Source: an uncultured Bacillota bacterium (GTDB taxonomy: Bacteria; Bacillota_I; Bacilli_A; RF39; UBA660). From it: a DNA stretch of 64,000 nucleotides. A model generated the notes under the pieces. The model saw only the letters and a list, made by a program, of their open reading frames with translations, searched no databases and was not told where the DNA came from. Positions 19,722-31,300 of the stretch are shown here, piece by piece (position 1 is the first letter of the stretch; each line of letters starts with the position of its first letter). The position numbers and the translations under genes are program-made. Location: contig CAMOVA010000001.1 in assembly GCA_946626905.1 (NCBI GenBank), forward strand, positions 1,677 to 65,676, given 5' to 3'.

Positions 19722-20963
19722 ATGATGTTAAAAGAATTAACAATTAATGAATTTGAAATGTTTAAAAGAAACTATAATATTAGTTCTGTTTATCAAAGTG
19801 CAGCATATATGAGTGTTATGAGTCAAGAAAACTTTGAAACTGTTTTATTAGGTCTTATTGATAACAATAATATTTTAGCTGCATCATTAATTTTAATTGA
19901 TAAAAACAAAAAATTACGAAGAGCATTTGCTCCTAAAGGATTTTTAATTGATTATAACAATTTAAATTTACTTTCATATTTTACTAATGAAGTAAAAAAA
20001 TATTTATCTAAAAAAAATGTAATGTCATTAAAAATATCCCCACCCATAACTAAAGTTATTACTGATTTTAAATACAATATTTTTAATTATAATAATTATT
20101 ATGATAATATGTTATTTAATCTTAATAAAGTTGGTTTTAAACACCTAGGATACAACAATTATTTTGAAGCATTAAAACCAAGATTTGAAGCTATACTAGA
20201 TATAACTACTCCTTACTATATTTTATTTAAAAATATCAAAAAAGAATTTAGAACAAAAATTAGAAGTGCGGAAGCAAATGGTATAAAAATATATAAAGGA
20301 AATGAAAAAGATCTAGAATATTTATATAATCAAATTAAATTAAAATATCCAAGAAAATTTGAGTATTTCTTACATACATATAATGAATTTAACAAATATA
20401 AAAATATTGATTTATATTTTGCTAAACTAGATACTCAACACTACTTAGATTATTTACAAAAAGAATTAATAAAGCAAGAAAATGAATGTGCTCATTTTAA
20501 TACATTAATATCAAGTAATAATGAGAAAAATGAACAAAATTTAGCTAGAAAAATGAGAGCTGATCAAGAATTAAACAGAATTAGAAAACAACTAGTAAAA
20601 GCAACTAGATATTTAAAGGATAATCCAAATGGAATCATTATTTCAACTGCTTTAGTTATTAAAGATAATGAAGAAGCATACTTATTAGTAGATGGATATG
20701 ATAAAAAGTATAAATATTTAAATGCTAAACATTTATTAATCTGGAAATTAATAGAAAATTATTCTAATCAAGGATATAGAATCTTAAATTTAGGTGGAAT
20801 AACTAATCCTAATTTAAAAAATAATCAGTATCAAGGATTAAATGATTTCAAATTAAACTTTAATACACTATGTTATGAATATATTGGAGATTTAGAAATA
20901 ACTTGTAATGATACATTAGCTTTTCTTTCTAAAACGCCATTAAAAAGCATATTAAAAATCTGA
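19722..20963 (+). CDS. FemAB-family peptidoglycan interpeptide-bridge aminoacyltransferase (FemX/FmhB-like)
   Basis: 413 aa, two GNAT-like halves with a coiled-coil insert as in FemA/FemX. Confidence 0.7.
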   Translation: MMLKELTINEFEMFKRNYNISSVYQSAAYMSVMSQENFETVLLGLIDNNNILAASLILIDKNKKLRRAFAPKGFLIDYNNLNLLSYFTNEVKKYLSKKNVMSLKISPPITKVITDFKYNIFNYNNYYDNMLFNLNKVGFKHLGYNNYFEALKPRFEAILDITTPYYILFKNIKKEFRTKIRSAEANGIKIYKGNEKDLEYLYNQIKLKYPRKFEYFLHTYNEFNKYKNIDLYFAKLDTQHYLDYLQKELIKQENECAHFNTLISSNNEKNEQNLARKMRADQELNRIRKQLVKATRYLKDNPNGIIISTALVIKDNEEAYLLVDGYDKKYKYLNAKHLLIWKLIENYSNQGYRILNLGGITNPNLKNNQYQGLNDFKLNFNTLCYEYIGDLEITCNDTLAFLSKTPLKSILKI

Positions 20964-20980
20964 TATAATCAGATTTTTTA
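20955..20980 (+). terminator. terminator of the femAB-family gene
   Basis: AAAATCTGAT-ATA-ATCAGATTTTTT. Confidence 0.5.
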
Positions 20981-20994
20981 TTTAATATAAACAT

Positions 20995-21027
20995 AAAAAA
21001 ACATACTTTTTCAAGTATGTTTTTATT
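20995..21027 (-). terminator. terminator of tuf
   Basis: AAACATACTT-tttc-AAGTATGTTT with a U-run on the minus-strand RNA. Confidence 0.5.
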
Positions 21028-21038
21028 ATTTACATTAA

Positions 21039-22223
21039 TTATTTAATAATTTCAGAAATGTTTCCTGAACCAACTGTTCTACCACCTTCACGGATTGAGA
21101 ATTTAGTTCCGTTTTCAATAGCGATTGGAGCAATTAATTCAACTGTCATTTCAACATTGTCTCCTGGCATAACCATTTCAACACCTTCTGGTAATTCAAT
21201 AACACCAGTTACGTCTGTAGTTCTGAAATAGAATTGTGGACGATAGTTGCTGAAGAATGGAGTATGTCTTCCACCTTCTTCTTTGCTTAGTACATAAACT
21301 TGAGCTTTGAATTTAGTGTGTGGAGTAACTGAACCTGGTTTTGCTAATACTTGACCACGTTCTACATCATCTCTTGAGATACCACGTAATAAGATACCTG
21401 CGTTATCTCCTGCTTGTGCATAGTCTAATTGTTTACGGAACATTTCAATTCCTGTAACAACTGATTTTTGAGTATCTCTTAAACCAACGATTTCAACTTC
21501 ATCATTTAATTTTAATTGTCCTCTTTCAACACGACCTGTAACAACAGTTCCACGTCCTGTAATTGTAAATACATCTTCAATTGGCATTAAGAATGGTTTG
21601 TCTAATTCATGAGTTGGAGTTTCAATCCATGAGTCAACAGCATCCATTAATTCGTCAATTTTACCAGTCCAAGCTGGATCTCCTTCAAGAGCTTTTAATG
21701 CAGATCCTCTAATGATTGGAGTATTGTCTCCATCGAATCCGTATTCGTTTAATAATTCACGAATTTCCATTTCAACTAAGTCTAATAATTCTTCGTCATC
21801 AACCATATCACATTTGTTCATGAATACAACCATACGAGGTACACCAACTTGACGTGATAATAAGATATGTTCACGAGTTTGTGCCATAGGTCCGTCAGTT
21901 GCAGCTATAACTAAGATAGCTCCGTCCATTTGAGCAGCACCTGTAATCATGTTTTTAACATAGTCAGCATGTCCTGGACAGTCTACGTGTGCGTAGTGTC
22001 TTTTTTCAGTTGAGTATTCGATATGTGCAGTATTAATTGTAATACCACGTTCTCTTTCTTCTGGAGCTTTGTCGATATTAGCGAAATCAACAGCTTCATT
22101 TCCGTATTTTCCTGCTAAACATTTTGAAATTGCAGCAGTTAAAGTAGTTTTACCATGGTCTACGTGTCCGATAGTACCAATGTTAACATGTTCTTTTGAA
22201 CGATCATATTTTGCTTTTGCCAT
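21039..22223 (-). CDS. tuf: elongation factor Tu
   Basis: [28 protein letters not shown]... The true start is the internal Met of the track ORF. Confidence 0.95.
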   Translation of the reverse strand: MAKAKYDRSKEHVNIGTIGHVDHGKTTLTAAISKCLAGKYGNEAVDFANIDKAPEERERGITINTAHIEYSTEKRHYAHVDCPGHADYVKNMITGAAQMDGAILVIAATDGPMAQTREHILLSRQVGVPRMVVFMNKCDMVDDEELLDLVEMEIRELLNEYGFDGDNTPIIRGSALKALEGDPAWTGKIDELMDAVDSWIETPTHELDKPFLMPIEDVFTITGRGTVVTGRVERGQLKLNDEVEIVGLRDTQKSVVTGIEMFRKQLDYAQAGDNAGILLRGISRDDVERGQVLAKPGSVTPHTKFKAQVYVLSKEEGGRHTPFFSNYRPQFYFRTTDVTGVIELPEGVEMVMPGDNVEMTVELIAPIAIENGTKFSIREGGRTVGSGNISEIIK

Positions 22224-22293
22224 AATTTTTCCTCCTTTTATTACATACAAATATATTTTATATTATTGGCATAAAAATTTCAAGTGTTTTATA

Positions 22294-24366
22294 TTAATTT
22301 GTTCCATTTTTCTTTATTATTTCGTCTTGGATATTCTTTGGAACTTCTTCATAATGATCGAATACCATAGTGAAGTTTCCTCTACCTTGTGTATTAGATC
22401 TTAATGAAGTAACATATCCAAACATTTCAGCAAGTGGTACCATTGCATCAATTGCTAGAGCATTTCCTCTTGATTCTTGACCCATTGGTTTACCTCTTCT
22501 TGAAGTAATGTCACCCATTACATTTCCTAGATATTCATCTGGTACAACAACTTGTACTTTCATGATTGGTTCTAGAATAACAGGTTTACATTTATTTTTA
22601 GCTTCTTTTAATGCTAATGAAGCAGCTATTTTGAAAGCCATTTCTGATGAGTCTACATCATGGTAAGATCCATCAAATAATGTTGCTTTAACATCAATCA
22701 TTGGGAATCCAGCTAAAACACCAGTTTCCATAGCTTCTTGTAATCCTTTATCAGTAACTGGAATATATTCTCTTGGAACAACTCCACCTACTACAGCATC
22801 AACGAATTCATAACCTTTATCTTTATTAGGTTCGAATTTAACCCATACATGTCCATATTGTCCACGTCCACCTGATTGTTTGATATATTTACCTTCACAT
22901 TCAGCTGTTTGTGTAATTGTTTCACGATAAGAAACTTGTGGTTTACCAATATTAGCTTCTACATTGAATTCTCTTTTCATTCTATCTACGATGATATCAA
23001 GGTGTAATTCACCCATACCAGCGATAATAGTTTGACCAGTTTCATGATTTGTTGAAGCTCTAAATGTTGGATCTTCTTCTGCTAATTTTTGTAAAGCTAT
23101 AGCCATTTTATCTTGATCTGCTTTTGATTTAGGTTCTACTGTAAGTTCAATAACAGGTTCTGGGAATTCCATTGATTCTAGGATACATGGATGTTTTTCA
23201 TCACATAAAGTATCTCCTGTTGTTGTATCTTTAAATCCTACAGCTGCTGCTATATCTCCTGTATATACTTCAGATATTTCAGTACGATTGTTAGCATGCA
23301 TTTGAAGAATACGTCCTAATCTTTCTTTTTTATCTTTAGTAGCATTTAATACATATGAACCACTACTTAAGTGTCCTGAATATACTCTAAAGAATGTTAA
23401 TCTACCAACGAATGGATCTGTCATTACTTTGAATGCTAATGCACTAAATGGTTCAGAATCACTTGGATGTCTTTCAATTTCTTTACCATTCATATCTATA
23501 CCTTTAATTGATTCAATATCAGTTGGAGCTGGCATGTAATCAATTACAGCATCTAAAAGTAATTTAGTTCCTTTGTTACCTAAAGCAGTACCACACATTA
23601 CTGGGAAGAATTTAACTTCAAGTACTCCTTTACGAATTGCAGCTTTGATTTGTTCAGTAGAAATTTCTTCACCTTCAAGGTATTTTTCCATTAAATCATC
23701 ATCAAATTCTGCTACTGCTTCTATTAATTCTGCTCTTTTTTCTTCTGCAGTTGCTTTTAATTCTTCTGGAATTTCTATTTCAGTTGGTTCTTCTACTTGT
23801 TGTCCATCATAATGATATGCTTTCATTGTTACTAAATCAATAATTCCATCAAATTCTGATTCAGCACCTATTGGCCATTCAATTGGTGCATAATTTACAC
23901 CTAATCTTTCTCCAATAGATTTAAGTGACATTTCAAAGCTTGCTCCTAATTTATCCATTTTATTACAGAAAATTATACGAGGTACTTTGAATTCATCTGC
24001 TTGTCTCCAAACAGTTTCAGTTTGTGGTTCTACACCTGCGTTAGAATCTAGAAGTGCAACAGCACCATCTAGTACACGAAGTGATCTTGATACTTCAACT
24101 GTAAAATCCACGTGACCTGGAGTATCGATTATATTTAATCTATATCCTTTCCAGTATGCAGTTGTTGCAGCTGATGTAATAGTTATACCACGTTCTTGTT
24201 CTTGTTCCATCCAGTCCATTTGAGATTCACCATCATGTGTTTCTCCAATTTTATGGATTTTGTGAGTATGGAACAAAATACGTTCAGTCATTGTTGTTTT
24301 TCCAGCATCAATGTGAGCCATGATACCGAAATTACGAGTATTTTCTAAGCTATATTCACGAGCCAT
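22294..24366 (-). CDS. fusA: elongation factor G
   Basis: AHIDAGKTT, 690 aa EF-G. Confidence 0.95.
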   Translation of the reverse strand: MAREYSLENTRNFGIMAHIDAGKTTMTERILFHTHKIHKIGETHDGESQMDWMEQEQERGITITSAATTAYWKGYRLNIIDTPGHVDFTVEVSRSLRVLDGAVALLDSNAGVEPQTETVWRQADEFKVPRIIFCNKMDKLGASFEMSLKSIGERLGVNYAPIEWPIGAESEFDGIIDLVTMKAYHYDGQQVEEPTEIEIPEELKATAEEKRAELIEAVAEFDDDLMEKYLEGEEISTEQIKAAIRKGVLEVKFFPVMCGTALGNKGTKLLLDAVIDYMPAPTDIESIKGIDMNGKEIERHPSDSEPFSALAFKVMTDPFVGRLTFFRVYSGHLSSGSYVLNATKDKKERLGRILQMHANNRTEISEVYTGDIAAAVGFKDTTTGDTLCDEKHPCILESMEFPEPVIELTVEPKSKADQDKMAIALQKLAEEDPTFRASTNHETGQTIIAGMGELHLDIIVDRMKREFNVEANIGKPQVSYRETITQTAECEGKYIKQSGGRGQYGHVWVKFEPNKDKGYEFVDAVVGGVVPREYIPVTDKGLQEAMETGVLAGFPMIDVKATLFDGSYHDVDSSEMAFKIAASLALKEAKNKCKPVILEPIMKVQVVVPDEYLGNVMGDITSRRGKPMGQESRGNALAIDAMVPLAEMFGYVTSLRSNTQGRGNFTMVFDHYEEVPKNIQDEIIKKNGTN

Positions 24367-24381
24367 ACTAATTTTTCCTTT

Positions 24382-24849
24382 CTACCATCTATAATGAGCA
24401 AATGCTTTATTAGCTTCTGCCATTCTATGTGTATCTTCACGTTTTTTAACTGCAGCTCCAGTTCCTTCTGCTGCATCCATAATTTCGTTAGCTAGATTTT
24501 CAGCCATTGAATGACCTCCACGTAATCTTGAATAATTAACTAACCAACGTAAGGCTAATGCTTGCGCTCTATCGCCTTTTATTTCAACTGGTACAGAATA
24601 GTTAGCACCACCAACACGACGTGATTTAACTTCAAGTGCTGGTCTAATGTTTTCCATTGCTGCTTCAAAAACTTCCATTGGTTCTTTACCAGTTTTTTCT
24701 TTTATCATGTCAAATGCTTCATATAAGATTTTTTGAGCAGTTCCTTTTTTACCATCAAGCATAATTTGATTAATTAATTTTGTAACTAATTTTGAATTAT
24801 ACATTGGATCTGCTAATACATCTCTTTTAACAGCACGTCTTTTACGCAT
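24382..24849 (-). CDS. rpsG: 30S ribosomal protein S7
   Basis: 155 aa, conserved S7 sequence. Confidence 0.95.
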   Translation of the reverse strand: MRKRRAVKRDVLADPMYNSKLVTKLINQIMLDGKKGTAQKILYEAFDMIKEKTGKEPMEVFEAAMENIRPALEVKSRRVGGANYSVPVEIKGDRAQALALRWLVNYSRLRGGHSMAENLANEIMDAAEGTGAAVKKREDTHRMAEANKAFAHYRW

Positions 24850-24866
24850 TTAGTTTCCTCCTTCTA

Positions 24867-25277
24867 TTATTTAGGTTTTTTAGTTCCATATTTTGAACGT
24901 CCTTGACGTCTTTTATCAATTCCTGCTGTATCTAATGTTCCACGTACAATGTGATATCTAACTCCGATTAAGTCTTTAACACGACCTCCACGAATTAATA
25001 CAACACTATGTTCTTGTAAGTTATGTCCTTCACCACCAATATAAGCAGTTACTTCCATACCATTACTTAAACGTACACGAGCATATTTTCTTAATGCTGA
25101 GTTTGGTTTCTTAGGTGTCATAGTACCTACACGAGTACAAACTCCACGTTTTTGTGGTGAGTTTTGATTAGTAGTCTTTTTAGTTCTACTATTGTATCCA
25201 ACTCTAAGTACTGGTGCTTTTGGTTTTCTAGTTTTCTTTGATCTACCATTTCTAACTAATTGATTAATTGTTGACAT
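24867..25277 (-). CDS. rpsL: 30S ribosomal protein S12
   Basis: [24 protein letters not shown]... Confidence 0.95.
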   Translation of the reverse strand: MSTINQLVRNGRSKKTRKPKAPVLRVGYNSRTKKTTNQNSPQKRGVCTRVGTMTPKKPNSALRKYARVRLSNGMEVTAYIGGEGHNLQEHSVVLIRGGRVKDLIGVRYHIVRGTLDTAGIDKRRQGRSKYGTKKPK

Positions 25278-25422
25278 AATTGCCTCCTCTCATTCCACAC
25301 TTCCAGGTGTTTCTTTTTATGCCTTAATTTTAAGATTTGCCTCAACAAACCTTTAAATACATGCGTAATTAATATACCATTTTATTATATTAAAGTCAAT
25401 ATATTTTATGCTGGTTTACATA

Positions 25423-25450
25423 AAAAAAGCAGATTTTTTTCTGCTTTTTT
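25423..25450. terminator. bidirectional intrinsic terminator ending the ncRNA-oapA-like-518aa unit
   Basis: AAAAAAAGCAGA-TTTTTTT-TCTGCTTTTTT. Confidence 0.55.
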
Positions 25451-25451
25451 A

Positions 25452-27008
25452 CTATCTTACTGTTTGAAGACTTCTCATTAATTTTTGAAATCCTAAACTA
25501 TTATTTAATCTATTTTGAATTTGAGTCTTCTCTGCTTCAGTAATATTTTCATATTTTACTGAATTTGTAAAACTTGGCATATCAATTTTATCAACATATT
25601 TAGTAGATATTTTGTCAGTTAAATTAACTTTAACTAATCCCATAACGCTTCCTGTTACTACAATTGTTCCGTTATCTTTATCTCCATCATATGATATTGT
25701 TCCATCCATTACAGTTGTACCATTTGATAAAACTTTATATGAATATGTTGTTTTACTTCCTTTTGTGTTTTTAACTACTTCTATAGCTGCAACTGATTTA
25801 TCACCAGATTTCATATCAATAGTTAATTTATCATCTTTCTTTAGCGCAACTAATTCTGAACCACTTCCTACAATGTTAAATTGTTTTGTATCTCCATTTT
25901 CATAATAAGTTGCTTTTGTTTTGCTTGTACTTGTTTCTAAACTAAATCCTACAAAACTATTTGTTAATCCTTTTACATAACAACTTAATGAAATAGATTC
26001 TTTTGAATCAGCTGACTTCATATCTTCTTTAATTTTTTTAACAGCTTCTTTTAAACTTTTTTTGATTTCTGATTCTTTAGTATCAGCTATTTTTGCGATT
26101 ATCTTAACAAATTTACTATCATTTTCTAAATCTTCAACCATTTTATAAGATAACTCATCAATAGTTTTTTGTGTAAATTTATATGTTATTTTTGTTGTTT
26201 TTACTTTTTTACCATCAATAACAACTGTTTCTTTTGATTTTTTAAAATCTTTACTATTTAAATTTTTATTAAATGAGTTTTTAACAGTTCTTAAAATATA
26301 TTTAACATCATCTTTAGAAATATTAATATCTGTTCCTTCAGTTTTAACCATATCAGTTATATCAATATATTTATCATATAACCCTTTTAATTCAACATAA
26401 TATTTTCCATCGTTTAAATATGTTCCAACATTTATTAAATCTGAATTGTCATATAATGCATTTATAATCATTTTTAAATTATTGTTTTTTGCATCTACTC
26501 CAACTTCACTTTTGATTTCTAATTTATTTAATTCATCAAGCATTGCTTTTGTACTAGCATCTTTAACAATTGTTGGATCTGCAGTTATTTTTAATTTAAC
26601 ATCTTGTTTTACTATAGCTGTTTTTCCAACTTTTTTAGTATCCCAATTATCATCAATCCATTTTTCTAACTTATCATATTTTTTATCAATTGATTTAGTA
26701 AAAACAGATTTAGCATTGAACATTTTAGTGTATGCTACAAAAGCTCCTAAAACAACCAATATAACAGCACAAATTGTAGCTATTATTGGAGTTTTACTTT
26801 TTTTATTATCTCCATCATTATTATATGTAGGTGCTGGTTTTACAGCCTCTTCAATTGGTCCATTTTCTTCTAATGAAGAAACTGGTGCTTCTACTTCTAC
26901 AGCTGCAGGTTCTACCTCATTTTGAATTGTATCATCTATTGAAGGTAAACTTTCTGGCGTAGTAGTTTCTTGAACATTTTGTTCTAATTCTTTATTCTCT
27001 TCCATCAT
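25452..27008 (-). CDS. hypothetical membrane-anchored protein (acidic N-terminus, one TM, large extracytoplasmic domain)
   Basis: 518 aa. TM IIATICAVILVVLGAFVAY near residue 75. No recognisable catalytic motifs. Co-directional with, and 50 nt downstream of, the OapA-like gene. Confidence 0.5.
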   Translation of the reverse strand: MMEENKELEQNVQETTTPESLPSIDDTIQNEVEPAAVEVEAPVSSLEENGPIEEAVKPAPTYNNDGDNKKSKTPIIATICAVILVVLGAFVAYTKMFNAKSVFTKSIDKKYDKLEKWIDDNWDTKKVGKTAIVKQDVKLKITADPTIVKDASTKAMLDELNKLEIKSEVGVDAKNNNLKMIINALYDNSDLINVGTYLNDGKYYVELKGLYDKYIDITDMVKTEGTDINISKDDVKYILRTVKNSFNKNLNSKDFKKSKETVVIDGKKVKTTKITYKFTQKTIDELSYKMVEDLENDSKFVKIIAKIADTKESEIKKSLKEAVKKIKEDMKSADSKESISLSCYVKGLTNSFVGFSLETSTSKTKATYYENGDTKQFNIVGSGSELVALKKDDKLTIDMKSGDKSVAAIEVVKNTKGSKTTYSYKVLSNGTTVMDGTISYDGDKDNGTIVVTGSVMGLVKVNLTDKISTKYVDKIDMPSFTNSVKYENITEAEKTQIQNRLNNSLGFQKLMRSLQTVR

Positions 27009-27058
27009 ATCACTCCCATATTATAACTATAACATTATATTCATTTTTAGTCAATAAA

Positions 27059-27658
27059 TTATTTTTTTGGTTTGTAAACCAAATATATTATTTTTGTAGC
27101 TTCATATAAAATGGTATTTGCATTATTAATTGCATAGCTTTTACATAAAGCTTTTAACCCTATTATAATTGATGCTATTAAAGAAGTTATCAACAATGAT
27201 GTCATATATAAATTTAAGTCAAATGTACTTGAAAGTCCTGCTGATATTGTTACCCCTACTGTACCTGATACAACACCACAAATATCTCCTATTACATCAT
27301 TGCAAAATGAAGCAGTCTTATCAGCATTTTGTTTTAATTTTATTGCAAGTTTTGCTTCTTTTATTTTTCTTGCTGCCATTGAATTAAACGGAGTAATATC
27401 TGCTGCTGTAACAGCTACCCCAATCATATCAAATAAAACACCTATCACCACAAAAAAAACTAATATTAATAATTCTACCCATAGTGAAACATGTGGAATA
27501 GTTGATTCTGAAAAAGTAGCAAATAAAAAAGAAACTATAAAAGCTATTATTACTATTTTTAATATCCATACTTTATCAACATGTTCTTTATGTTTAGCAT
27601 TTTTTCTCTTAGTTTGTATTTTTAAATTTTTTAGTTCACTTGTTTTTTGTTTTTTCAT
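27059..27658 (-). CDS. small 4-TM membrane protein, OapA-like (OLE-associated protein A candidate); internal two-fold repeat with DMIG/DVIGD (DxxxD) motifs
   Basis: 199 aa, basic N-terminus, 4 predicted TM helices. Motifs LFDMIGVAVTAAD and NDVIGDICG. Directly downstream of the large structured RNA. Confidence 0.45.
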   Translation of the reverse strand: MKKQKTSELKNLKIQTKRKNAKHKEHVDKVWILKIVIIAFIVSFLFATFSESTIPHVSLWVELLILVFFVVIGVLFDMIGVAVTAADITPFNSMAARKIKEAKLAIKLKQNADKTASFCNDVIGDICGVVSGTVGVTISAGLSSTFDLNLYMTSLLITSLIASIIIGLKALCKSYAINNANTILYEATKIIYLVYKPKK

Positions 27659-27671
27659 CTTACCACCATAA

Positions 27672-28250
27672 TTATATGTGATGGCAAAAATATGGTTAAC
27701 TTTACGTCTTAGGTCAAGTAGAATTTCTCTAGTCTCTACAGTATGTTACCACGCTGCGGTTCCCCTTTAAAGAGACTAATATATTGTCACCAAATATATG
27801 ACTTGATTGCCACTTAGTACGTACTGCAATCCCATATTTTCACTCTAGAAGTTTTCCTCAACATTTTGTTTATTATTAATTCTCTTTTGCAAATATAATT
27901 TCATGAAGCAATAATCAATACCTTTTGGCCAAAAGATATTAATCTGTCATCAATTCCATATACTCACTCAAGACAAGCTACGCTACTCGTAAGTTTCCCC
28001 ACATAGTAGGTTCAAGCCTAAGTCGTCATAAGTCCGTCAACATACGTGTATAGGCTTATAACAAGTTTAGGTCTCCACGAAAGCTGGGTCAGAAATCGTA
28101 TGCCATTACGGTTGCCCAACAATCTAACCTTTCAGCACCCACCCAAATCTGGGCGAAATAAGCAAGCACCAAAAGTTTCACAGATATGCTCTTTAGTGGA
28201 TTTTTAGCCCCACCTTCATAATAAACTTAATGACTAGAATAGTGTGCCAT
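27672..28250 (-). ncRNA. large (about 580 nt) structured non-coding RNA, OLE-like candidate; unclassified
   Basis: No ORF of 60 aa or more in any frame. GC content visibly higher than the flanks. Many perfect hairpins: CUUUUGGCCAAAAG, CCCAGAUUUGGG, AAGCCUA...UAGGCUU, AGUCUCU...AGAGACU. Own promoter at 28258-28286. 3'-terminal hairpin CCAUCAC-auauaauuau-GUGGUGG contains the SD of the downstream gene. Confidence 0.5.
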
Positions 28251-28257
28251 CAAATAA

Positions 28258-28286
28258 ATTATATCAAAATAATTCTTCTAAGACAA
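28258..28286 (-). promoter_or_regulatory. sigmaA promoter of the large ncRNA, TTGTCT-17-TGaTATAAT (extended -10)
   Basis: Read on the minus strand directly downstream of the rpoC terminator. Confidence 0.5.
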
Positions 28287-28313
28287 CAAAAAATGGACTA
28301 TTTAATTAGTCCA
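28284..28313 (-). terminator. rho-independent terminator of rpoC
   Basis: Minus-strand RNA AUGGACUA-AUUAAA-UAGUCCAU followed by UUUUUUGUUG. The stem overlaps the rpoC stop codon. Confidence 0.6.
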
Positions 28314-31300
28314 TTAATTGATTTTCTAAAAGTTGTAATGGTTCTTCATCTACAGCATTTTCTAATTTATAATCTGAAGCTTGATATCTCTTTGCACCTG
28401 TTCCGGCAGGTATTAATTTACCAATAATTACATTTTCTTTAAGACCGTTTAAATGATCTACTCTACCATGTATAGCAGCATCTGTTAAAATTCTTGTTGT
28501 TTCTTGGAATGATGCAGCTGATAAGAATGAATCTGTTTCAAGTGAAGCTTTAGTAATACCTAACAATACTGGTCTACCAGTTGCTGGTGTTTTACCTTCT
28601 AATATTAATGCAGTATTTTTGCTTGTAAATTCATTAATATTAACCATTGTTCCAGGTAAGAAGTAAGAATCACCTGAGTTTACAATCTTAATTTTTGAAA
28701 TCATTCTTTTTGCCATTACTTCAATATGCTTATCTGAAATATCAACACCTTGTGAACGATAAACTTTTTGAATTTCCATAACTATATATTGTTGTACTGT
28801 TATAGGGTCTGTAACTACTAATAATTCTTTTGGACTAATAGCACCATGAGTTAAACGTTGACCTGCTTTAACTTCATCACCCTTAGCAACAGCTAATTTT
28901 GCACCATAGTTAGATGTATGTTCTCTAACTTGAGCATCATTTTTAACAGAAATAATATATTTACCGTTTGATTCTTCGATTTCTGTAACTGTACCATTAA
29001 TTTCAGAAATAGTTGCTTTACCTTTTGGATTACGAGCTTCGAACAACTCTTGAACACGAGGTAAACCTTGTGTAATATCGTCTCCGGCAACACCACCTGA
29101 GTTGATAGTACGCATTGTAAGTTGGGTACCTGGTTCACCAATTGATTGAGCAGCCATAATACCAACAGCTTCTCCTATTTCAACAACATGACCAGTAGCT
29201 AAGTTACGACCATAACAATGTTTACATACTCCATTTTCACTCTTACATGTTAGTAATGTTCTAATAGATACTTTTGTAACACCAGCTTTAATTATTTTAT
29301 CAGCTAATTGTTCTGTAATATAAACATTTTTATCTACAATCATTTCTTTAGTTTCTGGGTCTAATACTTTTTTATTTGTATATCTTCCTAAGATTCTTTC
29401 ACGTAATGGTTCAATTATAGTTCCATCAGTATTGTATAGTGTTTCTACAACTACACCTGAATCTGTACCACAATCTTCTTCTTTTACGATTATATCTTGT
29501 GCTACATCAACTAATCTTCTTGTTAAGTAACCAGCATCTGCTGTTTTTAACGCTGTATCAACAAATCCTTTTCTGATACCATGTGTACCTGTAAAGAATT
29601 CTGAAACGCTTGCACCATCAATAAATGATGATTTGATTGGAATTTCATCTGGTTCACCTGTTGGTTTAGCCATAAGTCCACGCATACCAGCCATTTGGTT
29701 ATAGTTACTTAAGTTACCACGAGCTCCTGAATCTATCATAATAGAAATAGGATTTTCTTTATGTTCTTTTATAATTGTAGCAAGTTCATCTGCTATTGTA
29801 GATGTTGCTCCATTCCATGTTTCAATTACTTTTTCATATCTTTCACGATCAGTAATTAAACCACGTTTAAATTGTTTATTAATTTGAGCAATAGTTTCAC
29901 TTGCTTGTTTTAATACTTCTGGTTTTTTCTTAGAAGCAATGATATCACCTATACCTATTGAAATACCAGATAATGTTGATTCTTTGAAACCTAAATCTTT
30001 CATCTTATCAAGCATTATAGATGTTTCAGTTGTTTGATATCTTTTATATACTTGAGCAATTAATTTTGTTAGAACTTTTTTACCAAATGGTTTTACAAGT
30101 TCCATGTTTTCAATTGCTTCTTTTATATTTGTTCCTTTTTTAAGGAAATATTTATTTGGAGTTATTCCTTCTATATTTTCATCTGTTCCTTCATTTATAT
30201 ATTGGAATGAATCTGGGAATATCTCATTAAATTTAATTTTACCTGGTGTTGTTACTAAATATTTTTCTTTTTGAGAATCTGTAAATAAAGTATGTTTAAA
30301 TCCACTTGCTGGAATAGCAATTCTTGTATGTAAAGAGATTTCTCTTCTTTCATAAGCCATTAAAGCCTCATCTGGATTTCTAAATACTCTACCTTCTCCT
30401 ACTTCACCAGCTTTTTCTATAGTAATATAGTAGTTACCTAAGATCATATCTTGACCTGGAGTAACGATTGGATTACCATCTGATGGTTTCAAGATGTTAT
30501 TAGCACCTAACATTAATACTCTTGCTTCTGCTTGTGCTTCAACACTTATAGGTACGTGAACGGCCATTTGGTCTCCATCAAAGTCAGCGTTAAATGCTGT
30601 ACAAACAAGTGGATGAAGTCTTATTGAACGTCCTTCGATTAGTTTTGGTTCAAATGCTTGAATACCAAGTCTATGAAGAGTTGGTGCACGGTTAAGCATT
30701 ACTGGATGTTCTTTTATTTTTTCTTCTACAACATCCCATACTCTTTCATCTTGATTTTCAATCATTCTTTTTGCAGCTTTAATATTTGAAGCTATTCCTT
30801 TTGTAACTAATCCATTTATAACATGTGGTTTGAATAATTCTAAAGCCATTTCTTTAGGTATACCACATTCATACATCTTAAGTGATGGTCCAACTACGAT
30901 AACTGAACGACCTGAATAGTCAACACGTTTACCAAGTAAGTTTTGACGGAAACGTCCTTGTTTTCCTTTTAACATACTTGAAAGTGATTTAAGTGGTCTG
31001 TTTCCAGCTCCTGTAACATTACGACCTCTTCTACCATTATCGAATAAAGCATCTACTGCTTCTTGAAGCATACGCTTTTCGTTTTGGATGATAATAGAAG
31101 GAGCTCCTAATTCTAATAATTTCTTTAAACGATTATTTCTATTAATAATACGTCTATATAAATCATTTAAATCTGAAGTAGCAAATCTACCACCATCTAA
31201 TTGAATCATTGGTCTTAAATCAGGTGGAATTACTGGAAGAACATCCATAATCATCCATTCTGGTTTATTTCCTGATTCTAAGAATGCATCTAATACATCT

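Noticed and set aside
27672-28250. RNase P RNA, tmRNA, SRP RNA, 6S RNA, T-box or group II intron as the identity of the ORF-free block
   Set aside because: No AGGAAAGUCCGGGCUCC or ACAGAACCCGGCUUA (RNase P). No GGGGCUGAUUCUGGAUUCGACGGG or GGGGGUUCAAUUCC (tmRNA). No GUGYG 5' end or domain-V GAGCCGUAUGCGAUGAAAGUCGCACGUACGGUUC (group II). Too long for 6S, SRP or riboswitches. No T-box AGGGUGGNACCGCG motif.
28230-28427. 65-aa plus-strand ORF overlapping the rpoC 3' end and terminator
   Set aside because: Antisense to rpoC and the terminator; shadow ORF.
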